Assembly (NCBI GenBank): GCA_009784085.1
Contig: WRCJ01000001.1
Location: forward strand, 66-64,065
Length of the DNA: 64,000 bases
Origin: Oscillospiraceae bacterium
GTDB taxonomy: Bacteria; Bacillota; Clostridia; Oscillospirales; UBA929
Direction of reading: 5' to 3'
The notes beneath the pieces are model-generated. The model did not search any database. It saw only the letters and a list, made by a program, of their open reading frames with translations, and was not told the DNA's origin. The translations under genes and the position numbers were made by a program. This document shows positions 8,254 through 16,978 of the stretch, piece after piece; the stretch's first letter is position 1; the number at the start of each line of letters is the position of its first letter.

Positions 8254-9725
8254 TGGCCATGGCTAAGGCCACGCAACGGGACGCGGATACAGATGCGCTT
8301 TCACTGTCGGCTGCTATCGCTTCCGGGCAGGCTCGGGTGGCCGATGTGGTGGGTGCGGCACTGGATGCTATTGCGCAAAAGGACAAACAATATAACGCCT
8401 TCCTTTCGGTGGGCAACGAGGCGGCGATGGCTCGCGCACGCGAGGTACAGGCATCAATCGACGCCGGCCGGGCACCATCGCCCCTGGCCGGCGTACCCAT
8501 CGCGATAAAAGACAATATCTCCACGGCGGGCGCACAGACTACCTGCGCCTCCAAGATGTTGGGCGGGTACACGCCCGTGTTCAACGCCACGGTGGTGGAC
8601 AAGCTGGAAAAAGCCGGCCTGGTCGTGGTGGGGAAGCTCAACATGGACGAGTTCGCCATGGGCGGATCCAGCGAGACCGGCGTAAACGGCCCGGTACGCA
8701 ACCCTTGGGATGTATCGCGGGTCGCCGGCGGATCCTCAGGGGGCAGCGCGGCGGCCGTGGCGGCGGGGGAAGTCCCGCTGGCCCTCGGGGCGGACACGGG
8801 CGGCAGCATCCGGCAACCCTGCGCGTTTTGCGGCGTCGTCGGCATCAAGCCCACGTACGGCGCGGTGTCCCGCTATGGCCTCATTGCCTACGCCTCCTCG
8901 TTGGATCAGATCGGGCCCATCGCCCAGAATATCGACGATTGCGCCGCGCTGCTGTCCATTATCTCGGGGCCGGACAAGCGAGATAGCACCTGTATCATTG
9001 ACAAGCCCTTCCCCTTTACAGAGATCCATCCGGAACACCTGGACGGCGTCCGCATTGGTAGGCCCCGCAACTACTTCGGCGGCGCCTTGGAGGCAGGCAC
9101 CAGGCGCGCCGTCTTGTCCGCCTCCGAGGTTTTTCGGGCGGCGGGCGCCGATGTCAGCGACTTTGAGATGCCCATGATGGACGATATGGTCAGCGCATAT
9201 TACATCATCGCCTGCGCCGAGGCTTCGTCCAACCTTTCCCGATATGACGGGCTAAAATACGGCTACCGGAGCGACAATGCCACAACCCTGTCGGAGGTCT
9301 ACCGGCTCACCCGCAGCGAAGGCTTCGGGATGGAGGTCAAGCGGCGGATCATGCTGGGTTCTTTTGTATTGTCCTCCGGTTATTACGACGCCTACTACAA
9401 AAAGGCGCTACAAGTCCGCGCCCTGCTGAAAAACGTTTACAACGACCTGTTTTCGCGCTTCGACATGATCCTCTCCCCCGTGGCGCCCACGACCGCCTAC
9501 CGGATTGGGGAAAACGTGGACGACCCCATGACGATGTACATGGGGGACATCTATACCGTGCCGGTCAACCTGGCCGGCTTGCCCGCCGTGTCGCTTCCCT
9601 GCGGATTTGACGACAAGGGTCTACCGGTGGGCTTTCAGCTGATCGGGAACGCATTTTCGGAACCGGCGTTGATAGGCGCGGCGAGGGTGTACCAAGATTT
9701 GTCAAGGGGGTGGGTTGGCCCATGA
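8253..9725 (+). CDS. gatA: Asp/Glu-tRNA amidotransferase subunit A
   Basis: Amidase signature GGSSGGSAAAVAAG together with PIAIKDNI, and operon position. Confidence 0.92.
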   Translation: MAMAKATQRDADTDALSLSAAIASGQARVADVVGAALDAIAQKDKQYNAFLSVGNEAAMARAREVQASIDAGRAPSPLAGVPIAIKDNISTAGAQTTCASKMLGGYTPVFNATVVDKLEKAGLVVVGKLNMDEFAMGGSSETGVNGPVRNPWDVSRVAGGSSGGSAAAVAAGEVPLALGADTGGSIRQPCAFCGVVGIKPTYGAVSRYGLIAYASSLDQIGPIAQNIDDCAALLSIISGPDKRDSTCIIDKPFPFTEIHPEHLDGVRIGRPRNYFGGALEAGTRRAVLSASEVFRAAGADVSDFEMPMMDDMVSAYYIIACAEASSNLSRYDGLKYGYRSDNATTLSEVYRLTRSEGFGMEVKRRIMLGSFVLSSGYYDAYYKKALQVRALLKNVYNDLFSRFDMILSPVAPTTAYRIGENVDDPMTMYMGDIYTVPVNLAGLPAVSLPCGFDDKGLPVGFQLIGNAFSEPALIGAARVYQDLSRGWVGP

Positions 9726-11164
9726 AATGGGAGACAATCGTCGGCTTGGAGGTACACGTCGAGCTGTCGACGAAATCGAAGATTTTCTGTGCCTGCACCA
9801 CGGCTTTCGGCGGCGCCCCGAACACGCATGTTTGCCCGGTCTGCGCGGGCATGCCAGGCGCCCTGCCCACGCTCAACCGTTCCGTGGTGGCGTGCGCCCT
9901 GCGGGTGGGGGTGACGCTGGGTTGCGCCATTACGCGATACAGCAAATTCGATCGAAAAAACTATTTCTATCCCGATCTGCCCAAGGCGTACCAAATCTCG
10001 CAACTGTACGCGCCCATTTGCCGGGACGGACACTTGGACATCGTGGCGGCGGGCCGCAAAAAGACCATCGGGATTCGCGAAATACACATGGAGGAGGACG
10101 CGGGCAAGCTCATCCACGATCCAGGGTCCGGCAACACCTTCATGGACTACAACCGCTGTGGCGTGCCGTTGCTGGAGATCGTCACAACGCCGGACTTTCG
10201 CGATGCCGACGAGGTTTTGGCCTTCCTCGACCTACTGCGCGAAACCCTATTGTACCTCGATGTGAGCGACGGTAAGATGCAGGAGGGTTCCCTGCGCGCC
10301 GACGTCAACCTATCGGTGCGCCCCGAAGGCGGCGCACTGGGGATCCGCACCGAGATGAAAAACCTAAACTCCTTCAAAGCCATAGCCCGCGCCATTGCGT
10401 TTGAATCGGCGCGTCAGATCAAGGTGTTGAAACTGGGGGGGGTAGTAACGCAGGAGACCCGCCGTTGGGACGACGATGCCGGCGTTTCCCTGGGGATGCG
10501 ATCCAAGGAGGACGCGCAGGATTACCGTTATTTCCCCGAACCCGATCTCCTGCCCATCGTCATTGACGATCCATGGCTTCGGGAAATCAAAGACGGCATC
10601 CCCGAGCTGGCTCAGCAAAAACGCCGCCGCTATATCGACGAACTGGGGCTCTCCGAACCCCACGCGGCGGCGATCACCGCCCACAAAAATATCGCCGGCT
10701 TGTTCGAATCGGTGTCGAAAAAGAGCGGCCAACCGCTTGAGGCGGCCAATTTGATCACCGGCGCCATCATGCACATGTTGAACCAGAGCGGCACGTTGCC
10801 CGAAAACCTGCTCATCGACGCCGACAAGCTCTCGTTCTTGATCCTTCTGGTGGCCGAGGGGAAAATCAACCGAAGCGCATACAAGGAGGCGGTGGAAGCC
10901 GTCTTCCTGCATAACGTCGACCCGGAAGCCTACGTCACGGAGAGGGGCCTCCTGATGATCTCCGACGGGCATTTGATTGCCGAAACCGTCCGTGATGTCC
11001 TTGCCCAAAACCAAAGCGCCGCAGCGGACTATCACGCCGGGCGCACGAAGGCATTCGGGTTCCTCATGGGCCAGGCGATGCGGCGCGGCGGCCGGTCATG
11101 CGACCCTGACACGGTAAAAAAAGCGTTGACAGAAGCCCTGCAACGCTGGGTGCCTATAGGGTAG
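9722..11164 (+). CDS. gatB: Asp/Glu-tRNA amidotransferase subunit B
   Basis: MKWETIVGLEVHVEL..CPVCAGMPGALP..DRKNYFYPDLPK. It has an ATGA overlap with the gatA stop. Confidence 0.92.
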   Translation: MKWETIVGLEVHVELSTKSKIFCACTTAFGGAPNTHVCPVCAGMPGALPTLNRSVVACALRVGVTLGCAITRYSKFDRKNYFYPDLPKAYQISQLYAPICRDGHLDIVAAGRKKTIGIREIHMEEDAGKLIHDPGSGNTFMDYNRCGVPLLEIVTTPDFRDADEVLAFLDLLRETLLYLDVSDGKMQEGSLRADVNLSVRPEGGALGIRTEMKNLNSFKAIARAIAFESARQIKVLKLGGVVTQETRRWDDDAGVSLGMRSKEDAQDYRYFPEPDLLPIVIDDPWLREIKDGIPELAQQKRRRYIDELGLSEPHAAAITAHKNIAGLFESVSKKSGQPLEAANLITGAIMHMLNQSGTLPENLLIDADKLSFLILLVAEGKINRSAYKEAVEAVFLHNVDPEAYVTERGLLMISDGHLIAETVRDVLAQNQSAAADYHAGRTKAFGFLMGQAMRRGGRSCDPDTVKKALTEALQRWVPIG

Positions 11165-11483
11165 GCGCGGCATCCCTGACGCGCCGGGTTGGTCGGCGGG
11201 GGTTGGAATGATGTGGATCCTGCGACTACGCGCAGGATGACGGGGGTGGGTGGATCGCCGTAGGGCGCGGCATCCCTGACGCGCCGCAGTATACGCCATT
11301 CGTAGCCGCGGCATCCCTGACGCGCCGGGTTGGTCGGCGGGGGTTGGAATGACGTGGATCCTGCGTTCTGCGACTTCGCGCAGAATGTCGATAGAAAGTG
11401 AAGTAGGAGCGCAGGATGACGGGGGTGGGTGGATCGCCGTAGGGCGCGGCATCCCTGACGCGCCGTAGCATCCCTGACGCGCC
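11161..11483 (+). repeat. Cluster of REP-like hairpin repeats, type A (core GGCGCGGCATCCCTGACGCGCC), 4 full or variant copies plus 1 partial, embedded in two larger duplicated units
   Basis: Cores at 11164-11185, 11264-11285, 11305-11326 (variant), 11443-11464 and 11465-11483 (partial). Each has the 6-bp inverted ends GGCGCG/CGCGCC. The flanks gggttggtcggcgggggttggaatga and gcaggatgacgggggtgggtggatcgccgta are each duplicated. Confidence 0.8.
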
Positions 11484-11632
11484 GTTGTCAATCTGTGGTG
11501 CAATAATTTGTAAAATATCACAAAAAGGAGAAAAGGAAAAAGTTTTTTTTGGTTATGGTTAAGCGTCTCGCCGGTACATTCGATAGTATTAACGAAGGCT
11601 TCCGCAAGATCAACCAGAGGGGAGACGCCGCT

Positions 11633-12265
11633 ATGTATATCCCGCCGGTCAAGCCGCTGCGCACAGCCGACCCGGTGTCGAGGGCGCGGACCGCCTACAC
11701 AAACACGAGCTACCCCAAGGCACCTATCCGGACGTCGCCGACGCGCGACAAATTCAGCTTGTCCGACGAGGCGCGCCTACGGGAAGAGTACAGCCTGCGT
11801 TTGTCGCAGGAAGGCTTCCGCAAGCGCAAAAGAAAGGGCGCCTCGCTGCCCTCGCTGCCCACACTGCCCGACATGGCACGTCTATACGAGACGCTCTACA
11901 ATGAAATCTGTCAGACCTTCCGCCAGCGCGCGGGGGATATGATCGCCCACGCGCAGACGCTGGATTACGCCTGGCGGGACACGCTGGAAAACCTCGCGCA
12001 TGTTGTGGCGGAACGGCTGGCCCACCGCGAAGGGGATCCCCGCGCCGCCAACATCCCGATGCTGACGGACATCATCGGGGAGGCCCACCGGAAATTCGCC
12101 GACATCTTCTGCGCGGCGCTTCCCACGTCGGGCGCCAACCATGCCATTTCGGTTGCCCTCCGCGAGGCTATCAAGGTGTTGACGCTGGTGCAGAACTACG
12201 ATTTGTCCCTGTCGGACACCATGGCTTTGTTGTACTACCGACGCGGCCTGGAAAAGCAGCGTTGA
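11633..12265 (+). CDS. Hypothetical protein
   Basis: ORF-track frame 11549..12265. ATG at 11633 has RBS GAGGGGAG 8 nt upstream. I recognise no family. Its last roughly 95 nt overlap the convergent GNAT ORF. Confidence 0.4.
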   Translation: MYIPPVKPLRTADPVSRARTAYTNTSYPKAPIRTSPTRDKFSLSDEARLREEYSLRLSQEGFRKRKRKGASLPSLPTLPDMARLYETLYNEICQTFRQRAGDMIAHAQTLDYAWRDTLENLAHVVAERLAHREGDPRAANIPMLTDIIGEAHRKFADIFCAALPTSGANHAISVALREAIKVLTLVQNYDLSLSDTMALLYYRRGLEKQR

Positions 12266-12800
12266 TGATCGCCATTTGCACATGATCCTCCCAAACGCCG
12301 TTGATGTTGAGATAGGCGCGCGCCAGCCCCTCGCGGGAAAAGCCCAGCTTTTCCACGACGCGCAGCGAGGGTTTGTTGCGGGGCATGATGTTGGCTTCCA
12401 GGCGATGTAGGCCGAGTGTCCGGAAGGCAAACGCCACCAGGCGCGCCAGTGCCTCGGTGACATAGCCCGAGTTTACGTGATCCTTGTCCGCGCGGTAGGA
12501 CACGGCGGCGCCCTGGAAGGAACCCCGCACCACGTTGACCAGCGCCACCGATCCAATGACTGCGGCGGGCGGGGCCTTGGGGATCATCCAAAACCGGTAG
12601 CCGCTGCCGACGGCCATGTCCCGCTCCTCCTGCCGCAACAGGCGACGCTGTCCCTGCACGGTAAAGAAGGATTTCTCCCTAATCGGTTCAAAAGGACGTA
12701 AAAATTCCCGATTGCGCACGAAATACGCGGCGACCGCCGGCGCTAGCCGAGGACTGGAGGGGAAGAGTAAAAGCCTCTCGGTTTTCATGATGTCCGCCAT
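12171..12800 (-). CDS. GNAT-family N-acetyltransferase (RimJ/RimL-like)
   Basis: TERLLLFP...FLRPFEP...GSVALVNVVRGSFQGAAVSYRADKDHVNSGYVTEALARLVAFAFRTLGLHRLEANIMPRNKPSLRVVEKLGF matches the RimJ/L-type GNAT pattern. Confidence 0.75.
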   Translation of the reverse strand: MADIMKTERLLLFPSSPRLAPAVAAYFVRNREFLRPFEPIREKSFFTVQGQRRLLRQEERDMAVGSGYRFWMIPKAPPAAVIGSVALVNVVRGSFQGAAVSYRADKDHVNSGYVTEALARLVAFAFRTLGLHRLEANIMPRNKPSLRVVEKLGFSREGLARAYLNINGVWEDHVQMAIINAAFPGRVGSTTKPWCPTGTNRSSAPASTP

Positions 12801-12874
12801 TTGTGATTTCTCCCTGTTGTCGCTATGTCGCTACGTCGCTATATCACTGTTGTACCTGTGTCGCTGTGAGGGAT

Positions 12875-14152
12875 TTACTCGTCAATCGGGTGAATGACCA
12901 GTCCGGTGGTCAGCTTGGGGTAAAAATACGTGGCCTTTTGCGGCATGCGCTCCCCGTGCCCGGCCACGCGGCCTATCATGGGGACCGGCGTGGGCGGCAG
13001 CAGGAACGCGCACTGGAATTCGCCGGATCGCACCTTGTCGCAGGCTTCGGCGAAATCACGCGTATAGATGAGGTGGTCCTGGGCGGCCAGCTTTTTTTTG
13101 TCGATGCCCAGATGCGGCTCCAAGATGCATGTATGCAACATGGTAACCTCCAGGGCGCAATAGGCTTCGCTCTTCCCGGGCAGGCGCCGCCGGACGTCGC
13201 CGGAATCCTTGAGCGTGAACAGCGTCACCCTGTCACCGCCGGCGTAAAAGCCCACGGTATGCGGGGTTTCCGCCAGCCTCGCGGACACGGCGACGGCATC
13301 CGCCGGGCAGGTTGTTTGCCAAAACCCCTCCGCCAACGACGCCGCCAGCGCATCCGCGGAAAAGCCGGGCAGGCCGCGTACCAAACGGTGCGTGGGCCAC
13401 ACCACCAAATCGGGGTGGCGCATGTCCGCCAAAAACATGAGCACGGTCCCCAGCGGGCTGTCGGGAGGCAGATCCGCGTTTTTTTGTTTTTGATCCGCAA
13501 AGAAGGCGAGTGCCGTTTCGTAGCGATGGTGCCCGTCGGCGATGATGATGCGCGTGTCCGCCAGCGCACGGGTCAACGCCGATAGGGCGCCGGGCTCTGA
13601 AACCACCCACAGGCTGTGCGTCACCCCGTCGCCGTCGGTAAACGATGTGTCCGGATCGGCGGCCATAGCGGATAGGAGCGTATCGTTCGGGAATCCCTCG
13701 GGATCCTCGTACAGCCCGTAGATAGGGCTGATGTTGCAAAAGGTCTCGCTCATCAACGCGTATCTGTCGGACTTATCCTTCGACAAGGTCTCCTCATGGG
13801 GCAGGATGACGCCCTTTTCGAAGGGTTCCAACCCTACCCGCGCAAAAAACCCATACACGGCGCGGGACACGAGCCCATCGGCAAACGACATGCGATATAC
13901 ATAATAGGCAGGGGCGTCGTCGCGGTCGAGGATGCCCTCCTCCCGCCACGCACGCAACAACGCGCCGGCGCGGCAGTAGCAATCCTCGCCTAGCGGTCGC
14001 TCCAACCGGATGATGTTGCATGGGTTTTCGGCCTCCAATATGGGCTGACGGTCGATGGGGATGATGTCATAGGGGGGGCAGCATAGTTTCCCGGCGTCAC
14101 GGGTGAGGGTTTCGTTGTACCGAAGCGCGGCAAAGGGGGATATTCTGGCCAT
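12875..14152 (-). CDS. DUF1015 domain protein
   Basis: 425 aa. The N-terminus MARISPFAALRYN...CPPYDII and the internal IADGHHRYETAL are typical of DUF1015. Confidence 0.75.
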   Translation of the reverse strand: MARISPFAALRYNETLTRDAGKLCCPPYDIIPIDRQPILEAENPCNIIRLERPLGEDCYCRAGALLRAWREEGILDRDDAPAYYVYRMSFADGLVSRAVYGFFARVGLEPFEKGVILPHEETLSKDKSDRYALMSETFCNISPIYGLYEDPEGFPNDTLLSAMAADPDTSFTDGDGVTHSLWVVSEPGALSALTRALADTRIIIADGHHRYETALAFFADQKQKNADLPPDSPLGTVLMFLADMRHPDLVVWPTHRLVRGLPGFSADALAASLAEGFWQTTCPADAVAVSARLAETPHTVGFYAGGDRVTLFTLKDSGDVRRRLPGKSEAYCALEVTMLHTCILEPHLGIDKKKLAAQDHLIYTRDFAEACDKVRSGEFQCAFLLPPTPVPMIGRVAGHGERMPQKATYFYPKLTTGLVIHPIDE

Positions 14153-14198
14153 GATTCCACTCCTCTTATCGTCAATCGCAATTCACTCGCCATTATGC

Positions 14199-14873
14199 CT
14201 ATTGTATCAGAAAATGCCACGCAGGTAAAGGGGGGGGGGCAGGGGAGGCTGGGGCAGGGGAGCGTCGGCGTTTCCGCATGGCGGCGCGTTCCGCGCGATG
14301 CCCCGCGATGATACCGAGGGCGGACAGGGACAGAATTTCCAACGCCTCCTGGTAGACAAGCTTGGCGAACCGTCGTTTCACCCGCGTTCCGGACAGCGTG
14401 TATGTATAGATAAACGCGATGAGCCTCCCGATATCCTCTTCCGCCCTCCCGAAAGCACGTTCCTCAAAATCGACGCTGGACACGCGTCCGTTCTCGATGA
14501 TGAAATTGCGTCCGTTCACATCGCCGCGAATCTCGCCACCGGGCATGTATCCCACGGCCTGGTAAAAATCCGCAAACCAGGAGCACAGCCCCCGGGCGGC
14601 CTCGACAAGCGTGGCCTCGACGAGCGAGGCGTCGCAGGAACCAGATTCGGTTTCCCTGTGCGCCAAAAAATCCGGGATCGTCTCGCCGGGGATGTATTCC
14701 ATCACAAGTTCCGATCCCCGCTGAAAGAGGAGCTCCGGGACGCGCAAGCCCGCCCGATGGTACGTCCGCAAGAGCGAAGCCTCGGCGGCGGCGGCTTGGA
14801 CGCTGGCATGGCACTTGATGACGCGGTCGCCTTCACGGTACACGCGATGGCGTTTGGAAACAAAGAGTTCCAC
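14199..14873 (-). CDS. Small atypical protein-kinase-like (RIO/Bud32/APH-type) phosphotransferase
   Basis: 224 aa. Contains a VIK lysine context (DRVIKCH), a hinge LVMEYIPG, a catalytic-loop-like GDVNGRNFI, and VDFEE in the DFG position. Confidence 0.5.
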   Translation of the reverse strand: MELFVSKRHRVYREGDRVIKCHASVQAAAAEASLLRTYHRAGLRVPELLFQRGSELVMEYIPGETIPDFLAHRETESGSCDASLVEATLVEAARGLCSWFADFYQAVGYMPGGEIRGDVNGRNFIIENGRVSSVDFEERAFGRAEEDIGRLIAFIYTYTLSGTRVKRRFAKLVYQEALEILSLSALGIIAGHRAERAAMRKRRRSPAPASPAPPPLPAWHFLIQ

Positions 14874-14876
14874 TTT

Positions 14877-15380
14877 TTAGCAACAGCTCCCTACCATGTG
14901 AACTATCAGATCGACCAGGGGCTTCGCGTCCGGGATGGCCGATCGCGCCGGGATGCCGCGATACTCCGAGATCCCCGCCGCTACCTTGCCCGAAACGCAG
15001 AATACGCGATCGCCCAGGACCAGATCCTCCACGCTATGGGCCGTCTCGACGATTGGCACGGCGATGTCCCGCACGCCTTCCAACACAACATAGTCGAACC
15101 CGTGATAAAAGGCGAGGATTTCTTCCATGCCCAGCTTGCGGGGAAACAGGACACCGGTTTCCCGCAACCCCCTGGCGGTGACGATCTCGGCGCCCGCCCT
15201 GCGGTGGCGGGCGGTGTTGCTGGCAGGGTTCGGATCGAGGGTAAATGTTTCGGCATGGATTTCCTTGACGGAACCCACTTTGTATCCCCGGCGGACAAGC
15301 TCCGCTATCACCGCCTCGATGGTCGTGGTCTTGCCACTGCCGGAGGGGCCGCAAACGCTGAACACCTTCAATCCAACCAC
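14877..15380 (-). CDS. mobB: MobB-like P-loop GTPase (molybdopterin-guanine dinucleotide biosynthesis adapter family)
   Basis: VFSVCGPSGSGKTTTIEAVIAELVRRGYKVGSVKEIH...ARHRRAGAE fits the MobB pattern. Confidence 0.65.
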   Translation of the reverse strand: MVGLKVFSVCGPSGSGKTTTIEAVIAELVRRGYKVGSVKEIHAETFTLDPNPASNTARHRRAGAEIVTARGLRETGVLFPRKLGMEEILAFYHGFDYVVLEGVRDIAVPIVETAHSVEDLVLGDRVFCVSGKVAAGISEYRGIPARSAIPDAKPLVDLIVHMVGSCC

Positions 15381-15384
15381 CCCC

Positions 15385-16125
15385 TTATAATACTATGATG
15401 ACCGCGCCGGTCAACAGGGCAAGTGTACCGCTTACGGCGAGAAGGGCATGATCCCTGGCGTCCATGGTAAGCGTAAAGTAACTGGTGCGCCGGGGATACG
15501 CCCTGAACCCCCGCATTTCCATGGACAGCGCGAGGGCGCGCGCAGACAGCAAGCTCCCGGCCACGGCGGGCGCCGTGAGGTATAGATAGACGCGCAGCCG
15601 CCGCCGCAACTTCAGTTCTTTGATCACGACGCCGCGCAGGGCCAGGGCGGTCAACCTGTCGCGCATCTCCTCCCCCAACAGCGGCACGAAGCGCAGGCCC
15701 ACAGACACCATGTAGGCGATTTCATAGGGCAGTTTGAGCTGTATCATCCCTTGGATGAGTTCCCGCGCGCGATAGGCCGAAAACAAAGAACCGCCCAACA
15801 ATAAAATAGCCAGTCGGCCGAACACAACCAAGCCTTGCGTCAGGCCGCCGGAGGACAGCAAGATCACCGGGCCGGCGCGAAGCCAGATGGCGCCGGCGGG
15901 CGAAAAGACACTCCGCAACAACGCGATGACGAGGGCTGTCTGCCATAACCGCTTCATCCGCCGCAGATTTTTCGGCAAACTGACGCGCCAATAGACAACC
16001 GCCGCCAGCGCCATCGCCAGGATCGCGGCGATATGCCAGATGTCCTGCGCCAGAACCGCAAACAGGGAAAGATAACCCGCCCACGCGAAGGCGGCGCGCG
16101 GATCGGGCGGCTTGGCATCCCTCAT
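15385..16125 (-). CDS. ecfT: ECF transporter transmembrane (T) component, CbiQ family
   Basis: 246 aa and polytopic. It has an ATGA overlap with the upstream ATPase gene and the Arg-rich loops typical of EcfT (ARELIQGM..LRGV). Confidence 0.78.
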   Translation of the reverse strand: MRDAKPPDPRAAFAWAGYLSLFAVLAQDIWHIAAILAMALAAVVYWRVSLPKNLRRMKRLWQTALVIALLRSVFSPAGAIWLRAGPVILLSSGGLTQGLVVFGRLAILLLGGSLFSAYRARELIQGMIQLKLPYEIAYMVSVGLRFVPLLGEEMRDRLTALALRGVVIKELKLRRRLRVYLYLTAPAVAGSLLSARALALSMEMRGFRAYPRRTSYFTLTMDARDHALLAVSGTLALLTGAVIIVL

Positions 16126-16931
16126 GCCGGCAGCACCCTCCCCTCTATCATACGGAAAGATATCGAGGCCACATCACGGGCAAATCGCGTGTCATGACCA
16201 ATGACAAGAATCCCCGCGCCCTGTTTAACCAGACGACGTACCGTATCTCCCAGAATGCCTTTCCGCCGATTATCCAAACCTGTCGTCGGCTCGTCCAACA
16301 CGAGGTATTGGGGATCCTGCATCAACAGGGCCGCCAAGGCCAGCCTCTGTTTTTCCCCCCGGCTGAGCGTGAAGGGGGAGGCTTCGGCCAGCGTCGCCAG
16401 CCCAAAACGATCCAGCATGGCACTCGCCGCCTCGATAGCCTGTTGCGGCGGCATACCTGTAAGCGTTAGGGGAAACGTCAGCTCTTCGGCCACCGTGGGG
16501 GCGAAAAGCTGCCTTTCCGGCGCCTGAAAAAGATAGCCCACGCGGCGTCCAAAGCGGCCCAACGGCCAGCCGGCGGTGTCCTCCCCATCGATCAGCACCC
16601 GCCCCCTGTCGGGTCGGAGAAGCCCCGCCATCAGTTTCCCCAGCGTCGTCTTTCCGCTCCCGTTTGCGCCCGAAAGCGCGGCGCACACCCCGGCGCGAAG
16701 GGAGAACGAAGGGACATCCAGCAAAAAGGCATGGCCGCCCGGATATGGTTGCGGCTGTGGATCCGGTCGCAGTCCCGGATACGGTTGCGGCCGTGGTTGA
16801 TCCGTATCCGGACGCGATTGCGGTTGCGCCGGTCGCGCGCGCGATTGCGCGTGCGGTTGCGGCCAGTCCGGATACGCATACCGTATGTCGAGCAGGGAAA
16901 GCTTCGCGTCCCCCGCGTCAGGCGGCGCCAT
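16122..16931 (-). CDS. ecfA2: ECF transporter ATPase component 2
   Basis: Walker A GANGSGKTT, signature LSRGEKQRLALA and Walker B LVLDEPTTGLD. The start is ATG at 16931 (MAPPDAGDAKLSLLDIRYAYP). The longer 521-aa track ORF is an out-of-frame read-through of ecfA1. Confidence 0.78.
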   Translation of the reverse strand: MAPPDAGDAKLSLLDIRYAYPDWPQPHAQSRARPAQPQSRPDTDQPRPQPYPGLRPDPQPQPYPGGHAFLLDVPSFSLRAGVCAALSGANGSGKTTLGKLMAGLLRPDRGRVLIDGEDTAGWPLGRFGRRVGYLFQAPERQLFAPTVAEELTFPLTLTGMPPQQAIEAASAMLDRFGLATLAEASPFTLSRGEKQRLALAALLMQDPQYLVLDEPTTGLDNRRKGILGDTVRRLVKQGAGILVIGHDTRFARDVASISFRMIEGRVLPA

Positions 16932-16978
16932 GCGCAAACCCACACCCTGTGTCCCATGTGTCCCATGTGTCCCATGTG

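Noticed and set aside
11161-11483. Possible CRISPR array (regularly recurring roughly 25-nt palindromic repeats, also at 23580-23870)
   Set aside because: The spacing is irregular, the spacers are themselves duplicated blocks, copies occur in both orientations at many scattered loci, and no cas genes are nearby. This behaviour fits REP/BIME-like elements, not CRISPR.
11096-11521. ORFs made of repeat sequence (11096-11521(-), 11226-11471(-), 23582-24154(+), 23632-24225(+), 47029-47268(-), and the 49185 extension of dnaA)
   Set aside because: They consist of translated REP-like cores (the recurring peptides RVRDAAPYG, GASGMPRPT and VGDAPPRVP). They lack RBS contexts and sit in intergenic repeat clusters, so they are treated as non-coding.
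12171-12265. Convergent overlap of about 95 nt between the hypothetical gene (11633-12265) and the GNAT gene as a sign of antisense regulation
   Set aside because: It is more likely that one of the two 3-prime ends is over-extended in stop-poor GC-rich sequence. The conserved GNAT core ends near ...WEDHVQMAIIN, well before the overlap.
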